The notes under the pieces were generated by a model, which worked only from the letters and a program-made list of their open reading frames with translations, made no database searches and was not told where the DNA came from. The translations under genes and the position numbers were made by a program. From Candidatus Cloacimonadales bacterium (lineage in GTDB: Bacteria; Cloacimonadota; Cloacimonadia; Cloacimonadales; DAONDQ01): a stretch of DNA of 64,000 nucleotides. Shown here piece after piece: positions 19,077-28,455 of the stretch. The DNA lies in the NCBI GenBank assembly GCA_963662275.1, contig OY759316.1, forward strand, positions 2,656,001 to 2,720,000, written 5' to 3'. Position 1 is the stretch's first letter. The number at the start of each line of letters is the position of its first letter.

Positions 19077-20897
19077 ATGAAAACAATTAGCTTTGATAGA
19101 TTTTTGAAATACATGGAAGAACAAAAGAAATATCCAGAAAAGAGATTTTGTTTTATTTTAGGTGCAGGAGCTTCTAAGCAGTCTGGAATACCAACTGGAA
19201 GTGAATTAGCTAAAAGATGGTTTGAAGAAATCAAGAATATTTCTAATAAGGAAGAATTTGAAATATGGCTAAATACCTCGAAAATAAATGAAGAAAATCT
19301 ATCCGATCATTACACAGAAATTTATAAAGAACGTTTTATTGTTGATAAATTTCAAGGTTATCAAGTTCTTCAACAAATGATGGAAGGTATTAATCCCAGT
19401 TGTGGATACGCTATTTTATCTCAGATCCTTGTTTCATCCCAACATAACACTGTAATTACCACCAATTTTGATTCATTAACAGAAGACGCCCTGTTCATTT
19501 ATACACAAAAAAAACCATTGGTCATAGGACATGAGTTGTTATCTGACTTTGCTTCACCCTTTATTTCAAGACCGCTTATCATCAAAATTCATAGAGATTT
19601 ATATCTTGCTCCCCAAAACACTTCAGAAGAAACGGATTCATTAAATCCTGAACTAGGGACAGCTCTGTCTTATATTTTTAAATACTATACACCAATTATT
19701 ATTGGTTATGGTGGTAATGATGGAAGCTTAATGGGACTTATGGAAAATATCGAATTAAATAATAGATTATTTTGGCTTCAATACCAGCGTGATACAGATC
19801 ACACATCATTATCAGATAGAATTACCGGTTTAATGGAGAAACATAATGGTACTCTAATTAAAACAGGTGGCTTCGATGAAATTATGATTCAAATGGGTAG
19901 TATTTTTGACATTAATTACAACTCATTCGGCAAAGAAATATGTAAAATAGCGAATCAAAGGGCTGAAATCTTTGAAAAACAAATTAGAGATATTATCCTA
20001 AACAGCGAAACAGATAATGACGTTAAAGATGCATTGAGTGAAGGTTTTTCTAAAGGGGAAGAAAGTGCATTGAGTTTTCTTATCCGTTCTGAAAGAGAAC
20101 CTAATCTTGAAATTAAAGCTAATATTGTTGCTGATGGATTAAAAGAGTATCCTAGTAATTTAGAACTCATAGAAGCTTATGCAAAAGTACTAACTGAATT
20201 AAACGATTTGGATAAAGCTAATCAATATTATCAAAAAACCATCGACATTGATTCGAAAAACTCAGAGAGATATAATACATATGCCAAATTTTTGAAAAAT
20301 ATTTACAATGATCCTGATGCTGCTGAGCAAAATTATCTCAAAGCTATTAAAATCGATTCAGAGAACTCCGTCCTGTATAATTCATATGGCATATTTCTTA
20401 AAGAGTTTCATAAAGACTTTCATAAGGCAGAACAAAATTATCTCAAAGCCATTGAAGTAAATCCAAAAGATACAGCACCATACAATAATTATGCAAATCT
20501 GCTATGTGATTTCAGCACTGAATATGAAAAATCTGAAGCATATTATAGAAAAGGAATTGCATTGAATAAAAAGAAAGCTGGTATTTATGGGAATTACGCC
20601 AAGTTGCTTATAATACAAAAAAGATTTCATGAAGCGTTAGAAAATATTAATAAATCAATGGAATTAAATAAGAACCGAAAGAGAATTCCACTTGAAATCG
20701 AACTGTGGTTCTATAGATACGCAATTTTTTATAAAGACTACCCTGAATCTAAAGAGATGATTGCTAGTTATTTAAAACTAGGGTATAAATCATTAAGGTG
20801 GGATCTGAGTAAAATCGTTGAAATAGCAGAGGAAATTGGACATCCTGATATTGAGCAAGTGAAGGATTTTGCGAAGCAGATTACGGAAGTAGTTTAA
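19077..20897 (+). CDS. SIR2-like domain fused to C-terminal TPR repeats
   Basis: FILGAGAS..SGIP, ITTNFD.L.EDAL, IIKIHRD and IGYGGND motifs; TPRs of type YN.YA.FL.....D...AEQNYLKAI; AAGGAG RBS. Confidence 0.9.
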   Translation: MKTISFDRFLKYMEEQKKYPEKRFCFILGAGASKQSGIPTGSELAKRWFEEIKNISNKEEFEIWLNTSKINEENLSDHYTEIYKERFIVDKFQGYQVLQQMMEGINPSCGYAILSQILVSSQHNTVITTNFDSLTEDALFIYTQKKPLVIGHELLSDFASPFISRPLIIKIHRDLYLAPQNTSEETDSLNPELGTALSYIFKYYTPIIIGYGGNDGSLMGLMENIELNNRLFWLQYQRDTDHTSLSDRITGLMEKHNGTLIKTGGFDEIMIQMGSIFDINYNSFGKEICKIANQRAEIFEKQIRDIILNSETDNDVKDALSEGFSKGEESALSFLIRSEREPNLEIKANIVADGLKEYPSNLELIEAYAKVLTELNDLDKANQYYQKTIDIDSKNSERYNTYAKFLKNIYNDPDAAEQNYLKAIKIDSENSVLYNSYGIFLKEFHKDFHKAEQNYLKAIEVNPKDTAPYNNYANLLCDFSTEYEKSEAYYRKGIALNKKKAGIYGNYAKLLIIQKRFHEALENINKSMELNKNRKRIPLEIELWFYRYAIFYKDYPESKEMIASYLKLGYKSLRWDLSKIVEIAEEIGHPDIEQVKDFAKQITEVV

Positions 20898-20939
20898 TAT
20901 ACGCAGTTTCCGGCTTAACAAACCGTGGTACGATGCAGA

Positions 20940-20965
20940 GGATAGACACATGGGTCTATCCCTAC
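20940..20965 (-). repeat. GTAG-hairpin REP-like unit
   Basis: Minus strand GTAG-GGATAGAC-ccatgt-GTCTATCC, a perfect 8-bp stem. Confidence 0.75.
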
Positions 20966-21140
20966 AATCAGACTATTTTGTCCCATGTTTCATAGATTGT
21001 TCCTGAAATCTATGAAGATTAATTTTGACGACTAACAGGTTTCAACGCAGAATATTGGTGAAGTGTTTCGAAAGATATCTTAGCTGATTGTAGACTCTGT
21101 GCTTTATAAAAGAAAACCCACTTGATAGCCACTTAGATTA

Positions 21141-21240
21141 GTACCGCAACACCACCGCTACATCACCGCAGCACTACCGCAGGAGAACCGCTCCTATGAG
21201 CGGTTGTATTGTGTTAAAGTAGCGTTAGTTTTGCGTTCGT
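21141..21240. repeat. Degenerate 11-bp-period array followed by inverted copies
   Basis: ACCGC at 21143, 21154, 21165, 21176 and 21187, then GCGGT/GCGTT motifs on the other side. Confidence 0.65.
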
Positions 21241-21380
21241 ATTATCCTGATTTTAAAGGAGTGCTTAAAGTGGGTGTAGCAGTCAGTTCATTTCGATACA
21301 CTATTATTTTGGTAGAGATAAGTGATGTGAATCAGAAAGAGACCCCCCTACCCCCCTTCCCAAGGGGGGAGCTTCTACAA

Positions 21381-21560
21381 CCTATTCCCTACTCCCTACT
21401 CCCTACTCCCTATTCCCTATTCCCTATTCCCTATATTCGGTGCATCTCGATACTATGACTCGCATTTCGACTTCGCTCAATGACCGAGTAATTACTTGAT
21501 GACAGGTTCTTCCCTGTACCCTGTACCCTGTACCCTGTACCCTGTACGCTATACGCTGTA
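21381..21560. repeat. Heptamer runs (CCTAYTC)n and (CCCTGTA/CGCTGTA)n flanking a short palindromic element
   Basis: Heptamer runs at 21381-21434 and 21512-21560; CATTTCGACTTCGCTCAATGACC at 21463-21485. Confidence 0.85.
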
Positions 21561-21611
21561 TGCTTCACTAGCCCCTGGCACCTAACAACTGGCTACTGGT
21601 ATTTTTTTTAT

Positions 21612-21640
21612 TTGACAAATTAAAATAATAATAATATAAA
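21612..21640 (+). promoter_or_regulatory. Putative sigma70-type promoter of creD
   Basis: TTGACA, 17-bp spacer, TATAAA; GGGAGG RBS downstream. Confidence 0.5.
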
Positions 21641-21683
21641 TGATTTATATACTCGAATTAATACAATATATGGGAGGGATCAC

Positions 21684-23084
21684 ATGAATGAACTTCTTCA
21701 AAAAGCACCAAAAATACCAACAAGTGTCCATTCTATGGTAAAATTATTCATAATCGGCTTTATTATTCTCGTACTTCTAATTCCTGTATTCTGGATCAGG
21801 ACAGTGATCAGTGAAAGAAACCTTCGGAAAACAAGCGTCCAAAATGAAATTGCCAGTAAATGGGGTACTGCTCAATACTTAATAGGTCCATTTATCAGTG
21901 TTCCTTATCACAAGATCGTTACAAGTAAAGATAGTTCAGGAAATGAAACGCAGAAGCTTCAGAAGGAATATTTGCAAATATCACCGGAAACGATGGAAGC
22001 CACAGGTAAAATTCAGGCTGATAAGCATCACCGGGGAATATTTAGTGTAATTGGCTATAAAGCTGATTTAGAGATATTAGCGACAGTTCCGACAATGATT
22101 GATCCCAAAGTTATTCCAGCCCATATCAAACTGGAATGGAATGATGCCATTATTACCTTCGGTTTAGCTGATCAGCATGGTCTTAGGAAGCTGGATGGAA
22201 CAGTCAATGGACTTCCCCTGAAATTCGAAAATAACGAAAATACTTTTTCTGTTATTACGGTAGACACTTCAATAAAATCACAATGGAAACCAAACTGGAA
22301 TGAAGATAATATCGATAAAAATGTGAATACAAAACTGAGTTTTGCAGCTAAAACACCATTGATGGTTAAAACGGGAAAAGAGAAAATCAAGCTGCATATC
22401 ATTTTCACCGGTACCGAAAAGATATCCTTCCTGACTTCAGCATTGCAGGAAAGTGTGCATCTAATTGGTGATTGGAATTCACCCAGCTTCATAGGTAATA
22501 TGCTTCCTGAATCAAAAACAGTCAATAATAAAGGGTTTGATTCAATATGGCGTTCAAATTATCTATCCTCAGGAAATAAAACTTTCTGGACAAGTGAAAA
22601 CCAGAATCAGAACTTCTCCCATTTAGGTGTGATGTTCCTAATCCCTGTTGATTCATACCAGCAGACCACCCGTACCTTAAAATATTCGATTCTCTTCTTA
22701 TTGCTGACTTTTATGACTTTCTTCTTTGCGGAAACAGTAACTAAACAACGTATTCATCCAGTCCAATACATCATGGTCGGCTGTTCGCTAGTGCTTTTCT
22801 ATCTCCTCCTTCTCTCTATTTCAGAACATATCGCTTTCGGATGGTCATATCTCATTGCTGCTGCTGCAGTAGTATTGCAGGTCAGCCTGTATTGTGCTTC
22901 AATCCTGAAAACGGGTAAGTTTGCTTTTAGAATTGGTAGTCTATTATCAGGATTATATTTGTACCTTTATGTTCTCCTCAGGTTGGAGGATAATGCATTG
23001 CTGATTGGGAGCATCAGTCTTTTCGTATTGTTGGGAATCGCCATGTATGCAATACGGAATGTAAATTGGTATGGGCAGGAATGA
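21684..23084 (+). CDS. creD: Cell envelope integrity protein CreD
   Basis: ISER......EIA.KWG..Q..IGP, W.SPSF.G..LP, PVD.YQQ..R..KY, IHP.QY..VG and LLLSISEHI.F motifs. Confidence 0.93.
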   Translation: MNELLQKAPKIPTSVHSMVKLFIIGFIILVLLIPVFWIRTVISERNLRKTSVQNEIASKWGTAQYLIGPFISVPYHKIVTSKDSSGNETQKLQKEYLQISPETMEATGKIQADKHHRGIFSVIGYKADLEILATVPTMIDPKVIPAHIKLEWNDAIITFGLADQHGLRKLDGTVNGLPLKFENNENTFSVITVDTSIKSQWKPNWNEDNIDKNVNTKLSFAAKTPLMVKTGKEKIKLHIIFTGTEKISFLTSALQESVHLIGDWNSPSFIGNMLPESKTVNNKGFDSIWRSNYLSSGNKTFWTSENQNQNFSHLGVMFLIPVDSYQQTTRTLKYSILFLLLTFMTFFFAETVTKQRIHPVQYIMVGCSLVLFYLLLLSISEHIAFGWSYLIAAAAVVLQVSLYCASILKTGKFAFRIGSLLSGLYLYLYVLLRLEDNALLIGSISLFVLLGIAMYAIRNVNWYGQE

Positions 23085-23202
23085 ATTAAGAATAAAGAAT
23101 TAAAAATTATCAGAGAAGCATCGAAGCAGCGAATTTATTCGACAATATCAATGATGTTCAGTCTAATCGATAAATAAATATCATTTTTAGGAGTACAAGA
23201 CT

Positions 23203-23643
23203 ATGTTTACCAAAGAAGAAGTTATGATGGCTGCCCCTTGTGGTATAAGTTGTGGAGAATGTCCTGCTCATACTTGCAAGGATAATCCGGCGATAGCTGA
23301 GGCAATAAGGTCAAAGAGCGTTAATCCTGAACTTATTCCCTGCAATGGCTGCAGGACAAACAAAGGAATATGCGCATTCCATGAAGGACAATGTGCAACT
23401 TATGATTGTGTTCAGCAGCATAAAGTTACTTTCTGTTTTGAATGCAATGATTACCCCTGTTCAAAGCTCTATCCCAGTGTAGACAGGGCTGAAGTCTTAC
23501 CGCATAATATGAAAATGGTAAACCTGGCATTTATCCAGAATCATGGCATCCAAGCTTGGTTAAAACAATCAAAAGATATACAATTGCGGTATTATAAGGG
23601 TAAGATGGCGATTGGAAAAGGACCGCAGTTAATTAAGAATTAA
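23203..23643 (+). CDS. Cys-rich DUF3795-like protein
   Basis: APCGI.C..C, C.GCR, C....C.......C.EC..YPC pattern. Confidence 0.8.
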   Translation: MFTKEEVMMAAPCGISCGECPAHTCKDNPAIAEAIRSKSVNPELIPCNGCRTNKGICAFHEGQCATYDCVQQHKVTFCFECNDYPCSKLYPSVDRAEVLPHNMKMVNLAFIQNHGIQAWLKQSKDIQLRYYKGKMAIGKGPQLIKN

Positions 23644-23680
23644 GAATTAAAAAATAAAAATTGGCATAGCAGAGAAGACT

Positions 23681-23725
23681 GGTCATTGAGTGATTTCGAG
23701 CATGCGAGAAATTGTATCGAAATGA
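23681..23725. repeat. Dispersed ~45-bp palindromic element, copy 1 (copy 2 at 41778-41819)
   Basis: TCATTGAGTGATTTCGA-(5-6 nt)-GAGAAATTGTATCGAAATGA is identical at both loci apart from the spacer. Confidence 0.85.
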
Positions 23726-23808
23726 GCAGGACGGAGAGTCATTAAGAATTAACAAGAACTCAAATGCAGAAAGAGAGTTTCTGAATAATATTCATACAGG
23801 GAGAAATT

Positions 23809-24006
23809 ATGTCATGCAATAATCAGAAAGCTAACAGTGAAAAATGCAACTGCTCCTATCCTTGTACCAGGAAAGGGAATTGTTGTGAATGTATCCGCTA
23901 TCATCGTTCAGCAGGAGAATTACCTGCCTGTTATTTCAACACATCGTTTGAAAAAACATATGATCGCTCAATACAAAATTATGTGAAGCAAATAGATAAG
24001 CAATAA
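23809..24006 (+). CDS. Small Cys-rich protein (DUF6485-like)
   Basis: CNCSYPC.RKG.CCEC..YH...ELPAC.F....EKTYDRS; GGGAG RBS. Confidence 0.75.
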   Translation: MSCNNQKANSEKCNCSYPCTRKGNCCECIRYHRSAGELPACYFNTSFEKTYDRSIQNYVKQIDKQ

Positions 24007-24094
24007 TTAGATATAATATTGCTCATTTCCTGTATGTTAAGAGGGAAGATTTGACCATTAGATGAAACGTCCCCTACAGGCAACAAGCTTATGC

Positions 24095-24733
24095 TTATCT
24101 CTTTCCGTTCATCCTTAACAATTCCTTGTGCAGTGTTTGAATACTATCGTCGGAAAGTACTGAATCATTATTTTCTTCCGCTTTTGAATCAAGTTTTAAA
24201 CCGATTTCCAGGTTTTGAAGAGCTAGTTTGTATTTTTTTAATTGATATTGAGTTTTTGCCAGCCAAATATAAGCATCGTAATGCTCCGGATTGGTATCGA
24301 CAGCTTTCTGTAATGCGATCTCAGCTTCTTTATAATTTTTCTGCATATAATATGAAGTACCTTTGTGACGCCAGGGACATGACCAATCCGGTATACTATC
24401 ATTCAGTTGCTGATAAAGAACTATGGCATCTGCATATTTTTCACGGCTCAATAAGAGATTGGCATATTGAAATTTAGTACCGGCATCGAATGAGTTAACT
24501 GAAGCAGATATTATCGAGATTAATCGATCAGACTCATAACTTGCCATTGTAGCCATAAGAATTTTCGTAGCTTTTGAAGTAGAATCCTTTGCCAGTGTTT
24601 CATTACATGAATTCCAGGCATTCTGGAATGTTGTAGTTGTGGGATTACCAAAATAAAGCTGAATGGGATTGGCTACGGCAGCTAGCATATTGAATGCTAA
24701 TATGAAAAAAAAGATACTGATGATCATTCGCAT
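24095..24733 (-). CDS. Exported TPR-repeat protein
   Basis: Signal peptide from ATG 24733 after AAGGAG; TPR helices (YANLLL...KY..A; AYIWLAK..Y.LK.Y..AL). Confidence 0.8.
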   Translation of the reverse strand: MRMIISIFFFILAFNMLAAVANPIQLYFGNPTTTTFQNAWNSCNETLAKDSTSKATKILMATMASYESDRLISIISASVNSFDAGTKFQYANLLLSREKYADAIVLYQQLNDSIPDWSCPWRHKGTSYYMQKNYKEAEIALQKAVDTNPEHYDAYIWLAKTQYQLKKYKLALQNLEIGLKLDSKAEENNDSVLSDDSIQTLHKELLRMNGKR

Positions 24734-24927
24734 ATTAAGACTCCTTATGGTGATTACTCTCATGTTAGTACAAATAATTCATGGATAATGAATTTGGCAA
24801 CAAGATTATTGAAGAAAGTGCCAAGTTCGATAAAAAAATATTGACTGAATCTAATTGCTTCAGGTTAATACAAACGAATAATAGAAAATATTGCTATAAT
24901 GAAAGATATAGATTAAGAAGAGGAATC

Positions 24928-27900
24928 ATGGAAAAAAAGCATTTGGATTTTTATCAGAACCTTTTTGATTATGCTACAATTTCCCTTATTGTTGTAGATT
25001 CCAATACATGTAAAATCGTTGACATTAATAAATCAGCTTGTCTTTTCTATGGCTATGCTAAGAAGGAAATAGTAGGACTTCAAATCCAAGATATTGAAAG
25101 TATGTCAGATTGCGGATTTTCTTCTGAGCAAATGAAGTCAGGTACTACTTACATGAAATATCATAAACAGAAAGATGGGACATTGATTCCAGTTGAGATA
25201 ATCGTTTCAATCATAAAATATGGAGAAGCTAGTTATAGAATCTATACCGTGAAATCTGTGAAAGACATATTAGAAATGAATGATTCATATAATCGATCGC
25301 TTTTTGAAGAATCACCAGTATCCTTATGGGTTGAAGATTTTTCAGGAGTAGTTGAATATTTGAATAATTTAAAAAAAAAAGACATCAAAGATTTTCCATT
25401 ATACTTGGATCAACATCCGGAAGTTTTTGTTGAATGTATCAGTTTACTCCGTATCGTTGATGTAAACCAGGCAACTCTAAAAATGTATCTTGCTTCCAGT
25501 ATTAAGGATTTGATAGATAATCTGCATATCGTCATGCAGGAAGATGCTATATTTCAAGTCAAGCAAACCTTAATTGCTCTCTATGAAGAACAAACGCAAT
25601 TTAATCAAGAGGGTACTAATTATCGTTTGAATGGTGAAAGAATGGATGTTGCTATGTCTTGGATGATCTCCAGTAATAGCATGGAAGCTTATAAAAATGT
25701 GATTGTCTCGTTTCTTGATCTAACTGAGATAAAGAAAGTTCAAGCTGACCTGGCAGAAAGTGAGCAGCTCTTTAAGGGTGTATTTCAGCAATCATCTGAA
25801 GGTATTGAGATTGTGGATTGTGAAGGTCATATTATTGAATGGAATACAGCTCTGGAAAGATTAACCGGTGCCATGCGATCGGAATGTCTGGGTAAGATTT
25901 TCTGGAAGGTGGAACAGCAGATTTCTTCTTCCGATCAAACGGTTCAAGATTACATCGAAGAACGTGGTCGTGGATTCTTAGAGGTGCTGAATAATTCCGA
26001 TGAATATGAGATTCCAAAAACTTGGGAATATATATGGATAACTCGAGATGCCCAACAAAGATATATCCATATTGCTACTTTCCAGATTAATACAAAACGC
26101 GGTCGCATGCTGGTTTTCCTTTTTAATGATATTTCAGCTTCCAAGCGATCACAATTGTTAACTACAACCATATTGGAAATCACAAAAGCGGTCAATTCGA
26201 CTCCTAACCTGATCGAACTATTCAGATCGATACACCAATCCCTATCAAAACTCATAAATGTGGACAACTTCTATATTGCCTATTGTAATCCGGAACAGAA
26301 AATCATTACCCTTCCATACTATGTTGATGAAAATGACAATGATTCCAGCCCGATTGAAGCTGATAATAGATTTTCTCTTACAGCCCGGGTCATTGCAGCA
26401 GGTGAACCGATGTTATTCAGTCAGGAGGAAATGGAAGAACAAAGGATGAATGGCGGAAGTATCGGCAGCTACTCCAAGGTCTGGGTAGGTGTTCCCCTGA
26501 AGATAGATCAAAAAGTAATCGGCGCAGTTGTCGTACAAAGCTATCATAATCCTCATCAATATAATTTGAATGATATGAGACTCCTGGAATCAGTTTCAGA
26601 GCAGATGGCTATTGCTATACAAAAGAAAAAAGTAGAAGAAGAAATCAATATTCTCGCACAGGGAATCGAGCAATCCGCAGAAGGCGTTGTGATTATGAAT
26701 ACAATGGGTCAAATACAATATCTGAATTCAAGTTATGAGATAATGAGTGGTTATAATCGTGAGGAATTGATCGGTAAATATATTATGGAAGTACCAACTG
26801 CTATGAAACCAATGGATAAAGATGGTTCTTTTTGGGATACCGTTGTACGTGGTGAGATGTGGAAAGGAAAGATCAGTAATATTCATAAACTAGGTAAAAT
26901 ATATACAATGGATGTCATGGTATCCCCGATTATGAATACTGAAGGAACGGTCATATCCCTGGTTGCCGGTTGTCATGATATAACTCTTGACCTTGAACGG
27001 GAACAGAGAATGCGCCAAATGCAAAAAATGGAATCATTAGGTACATTTGCTGGTGGTATCGCTCACGATTTCAATAATATTCTTAGTGCCATCATCGGTT
27101 ATACAGAACTTGCTTTGGAAGATATTTCCGATAATTCCTTGCCTGCAAGTAACCTGACAGAAGTTCTTCATTCTGCAAATAGAGCCAAAGAAATTATTCA
27201 TCAAATTCTCGGATTCAGTCGTAAAGAAGATTCAAAACCATGTATCACATCTCTCCAAGCGACAGTAAAAGAAGCTATAAAATTATTAAAGGCAATCATT
27301 CCTAAAACAATTACTATCCGTGAAACATATAGTAATTGTGATGATCAAATTATGGCTGTTCCTGGTCAGATTCACCAAATCATCATGAATCTAGGGACAA
27401 ATGCAGCTCATAGTATGAAAAACAAAAGCGGCATAATCAATGTTGAAATACAATCATGGGATTTAGGAAAGGACATCAGCATAACATATCCGGAATTGGC
27501 TTCTCCACATTGCTATGCTCTAACCTTCAGTGACACAGGACATGGAATCCCCCATGAATTGACAGAGAAGATTTTTGATCCATATTTCACAACAAAACCA
27601 CCGAGTGAAGGCAATGGACTAGGTTTATCGATAGTCAACAATATTATGCGTTCTCATTCAGGTTCTGTACGCGTTGATAGCAAAGAAGGAAAGGGAACAA
27701 CCTTCACTTTGCTATTTCCCAGGTTGGAAGACAGTTTGATTTCTGATATCCCTATTGCCCAGGACCAGGAAGTACGGGGAACAGAAAGAATCCTCTTTGT
27801 CGATGATGAAGCATATCTCGTGAATATTGCTGAGCAATATCTAGCACGACAAGGTTATCAGGTAACAGGTTATACAGATAGCATGGAAGCATGGGATGAT

Positions 27901-28158
27901 TTTGTTACACATCCGGAAGCATATGATCTGATTATTTCTGATACATCAATGCCAAGTCTTACCGGAATAGAATTATCTAGAAAAGCAATCCAATTACGCT
28001 CGGATATTCGAATTGTTCTAGTGACCGGATTTTCTAATATCGTCTCTGCTGATCAGGCAAAAGAAATTGGAGTCAGTGGTTTTCTTCTGAAACCATATAA
28101 AAATAGGGAACTAGCTGAAACGATCAGGACAACCTTGGACGGAAAAGTTCAACAATAA
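24928..28158 (+). CDS. Hybrid histidine kinase (PAS/GAF-HisKA-HATPase-REC)
   Basis: Several PAS domains, a GAF domain, the H-box GGIAHDFNNIL, N.GTNA, DTG.GI, F.PYFTTK, G.GLGL, and receiver motifs DDE...D..MP...KP. Start is probably ATG 24928. Confidence 0.95.
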   Translation: MEKKHLDFYQNLFDYATISLIVVDSNTCKIVDINKSACLFYGYAKKEIVGLQIQDIESMSDCGFSSEQMKSGTTYMKYHKQKDGTLIPVEIIVSIIKYGEASYRIYTVKSVKDILEMNDSYNRSLFEESPVSLWVEDFSGVVEYLNNLKKKDIKDFPLYLDQHPEVFVECISLLRIVDVNQATLKMYLASSIKDLIDNLHIVMQEDAIFQVKQTLIALYEEQTQFNQEGTNYRLNGERMDVAMSWMISSNSMEAYKNVIVSFLDLTEIKKVQADLAESEQLFKGVFQQSSEGIEIVDCEGHIIEWNTALERLTGAMRSECLGKIFWKVEQQISSSDQTVQDYIEERGRGFLEVLNNSDEYEIPKTWEYIWITRDAQQRYIHIATFQINTKRGRMLVFLFNDISASKRSQLLTTTILEITKAVNSTPNLIELFRSIHQSLSKLINVDNFYIAYCNPEQKIITLPYYVDENDNDSSPIEADNRFSLTARVIAAGEPMLFSQEEMEEQRMNGGSIGSYSKVWVGVPLKIDQKVIGAVVVQSYHNPHQYNLNDMRLLESVSEQMAIAIQKKKVEEEINILAQGIEQSAEGVVIMNTMGQIQYLNSSYEIMSGYNREELIGKYIMEVPTAMKPMDKDGSFWDTVVRGEMWKGKISNIHKLGKIYTMDVMVSPIMNTEGTVISLVAGCHDITLDLEREQRMRQMQKMESLGTFAGGIAHDFNNILSAIIGYTELALEDISDNSLPASNLTEVLHSANRAKEIIHQILGFSRKEDSKPCITSLQATVKEAIKLLKAIIPKTITIRETYSNCDDQIMAVPGQIHQIIMNLGTNAAHSMKNKSGIINVEIQSWDLGKDISITYPELASPHCYALTFSDTGHGIPHELTEKIFDPYFTTKPPSEGNGLGLSIVNNIMRSHSGSVRVDSKEGKGTTFTLLFPRLEDSLISDIPIAQDQEVRGTERILFVDDEAYLVNIAEQYLARQGYQVTGYTDSMEAWDDFVTHPEAYDLIISDTSMPSLTGIELSRKAIQLRSDIRIVLVTGFSNIVSADQAKEIGVSGFLLKPYKNRELAETIRTTLDGKVQQ

Positions 28159-28176
28159 AAAGGTAGGTTAAGTTCA

Positions 28177-28449
28177 ATGCGTATTGATTTATTATTATCT
28201 AAATTATGTCTGATTAAAACACGTTCGATCGCTAAAACTGCTGCGGATAAGGATTTAATCTCTCAAAATGGACATAAGGTAAAAGCCAGTGCAATTATCA
28301 GGATTGGTGATATTATCTCTTTTTCTCTTTCCGGCTATAAAACAATTGTGAAAATTATCTCCCTTCCAACGGGGAATGTGGCAAAAAAGAACGCTCCCGA
28401 ATATTATGAAATCCTTGAACGTTCTAAAATTGATGGAGATACTTTATAA
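28177..28449 (+). CDS. S4-domain RNA-binding protein (Hsp15/RqcP-like)
   Basis: MRID..L....L.KTRS.AK......I..NG...K.S..I..GD motif. Confidence 0.88.
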   Translation: MRIDLLLSKLCLIKTRSIAKTAADKDLISQNGHKVKASAIIRIGDIISFSLSGYKTIVKIISLPTGNVAKKNAPEYYEILERSKIDGDTL

Positions 28450-28455
28450 AACGTA

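Noticed and set aside
21204..21458. 84-aa ORF
   Set aside because: It is the translation of hairpin and heptamer repeats (PIPYSLLPTPYSLFPIPY); not a credible gene.
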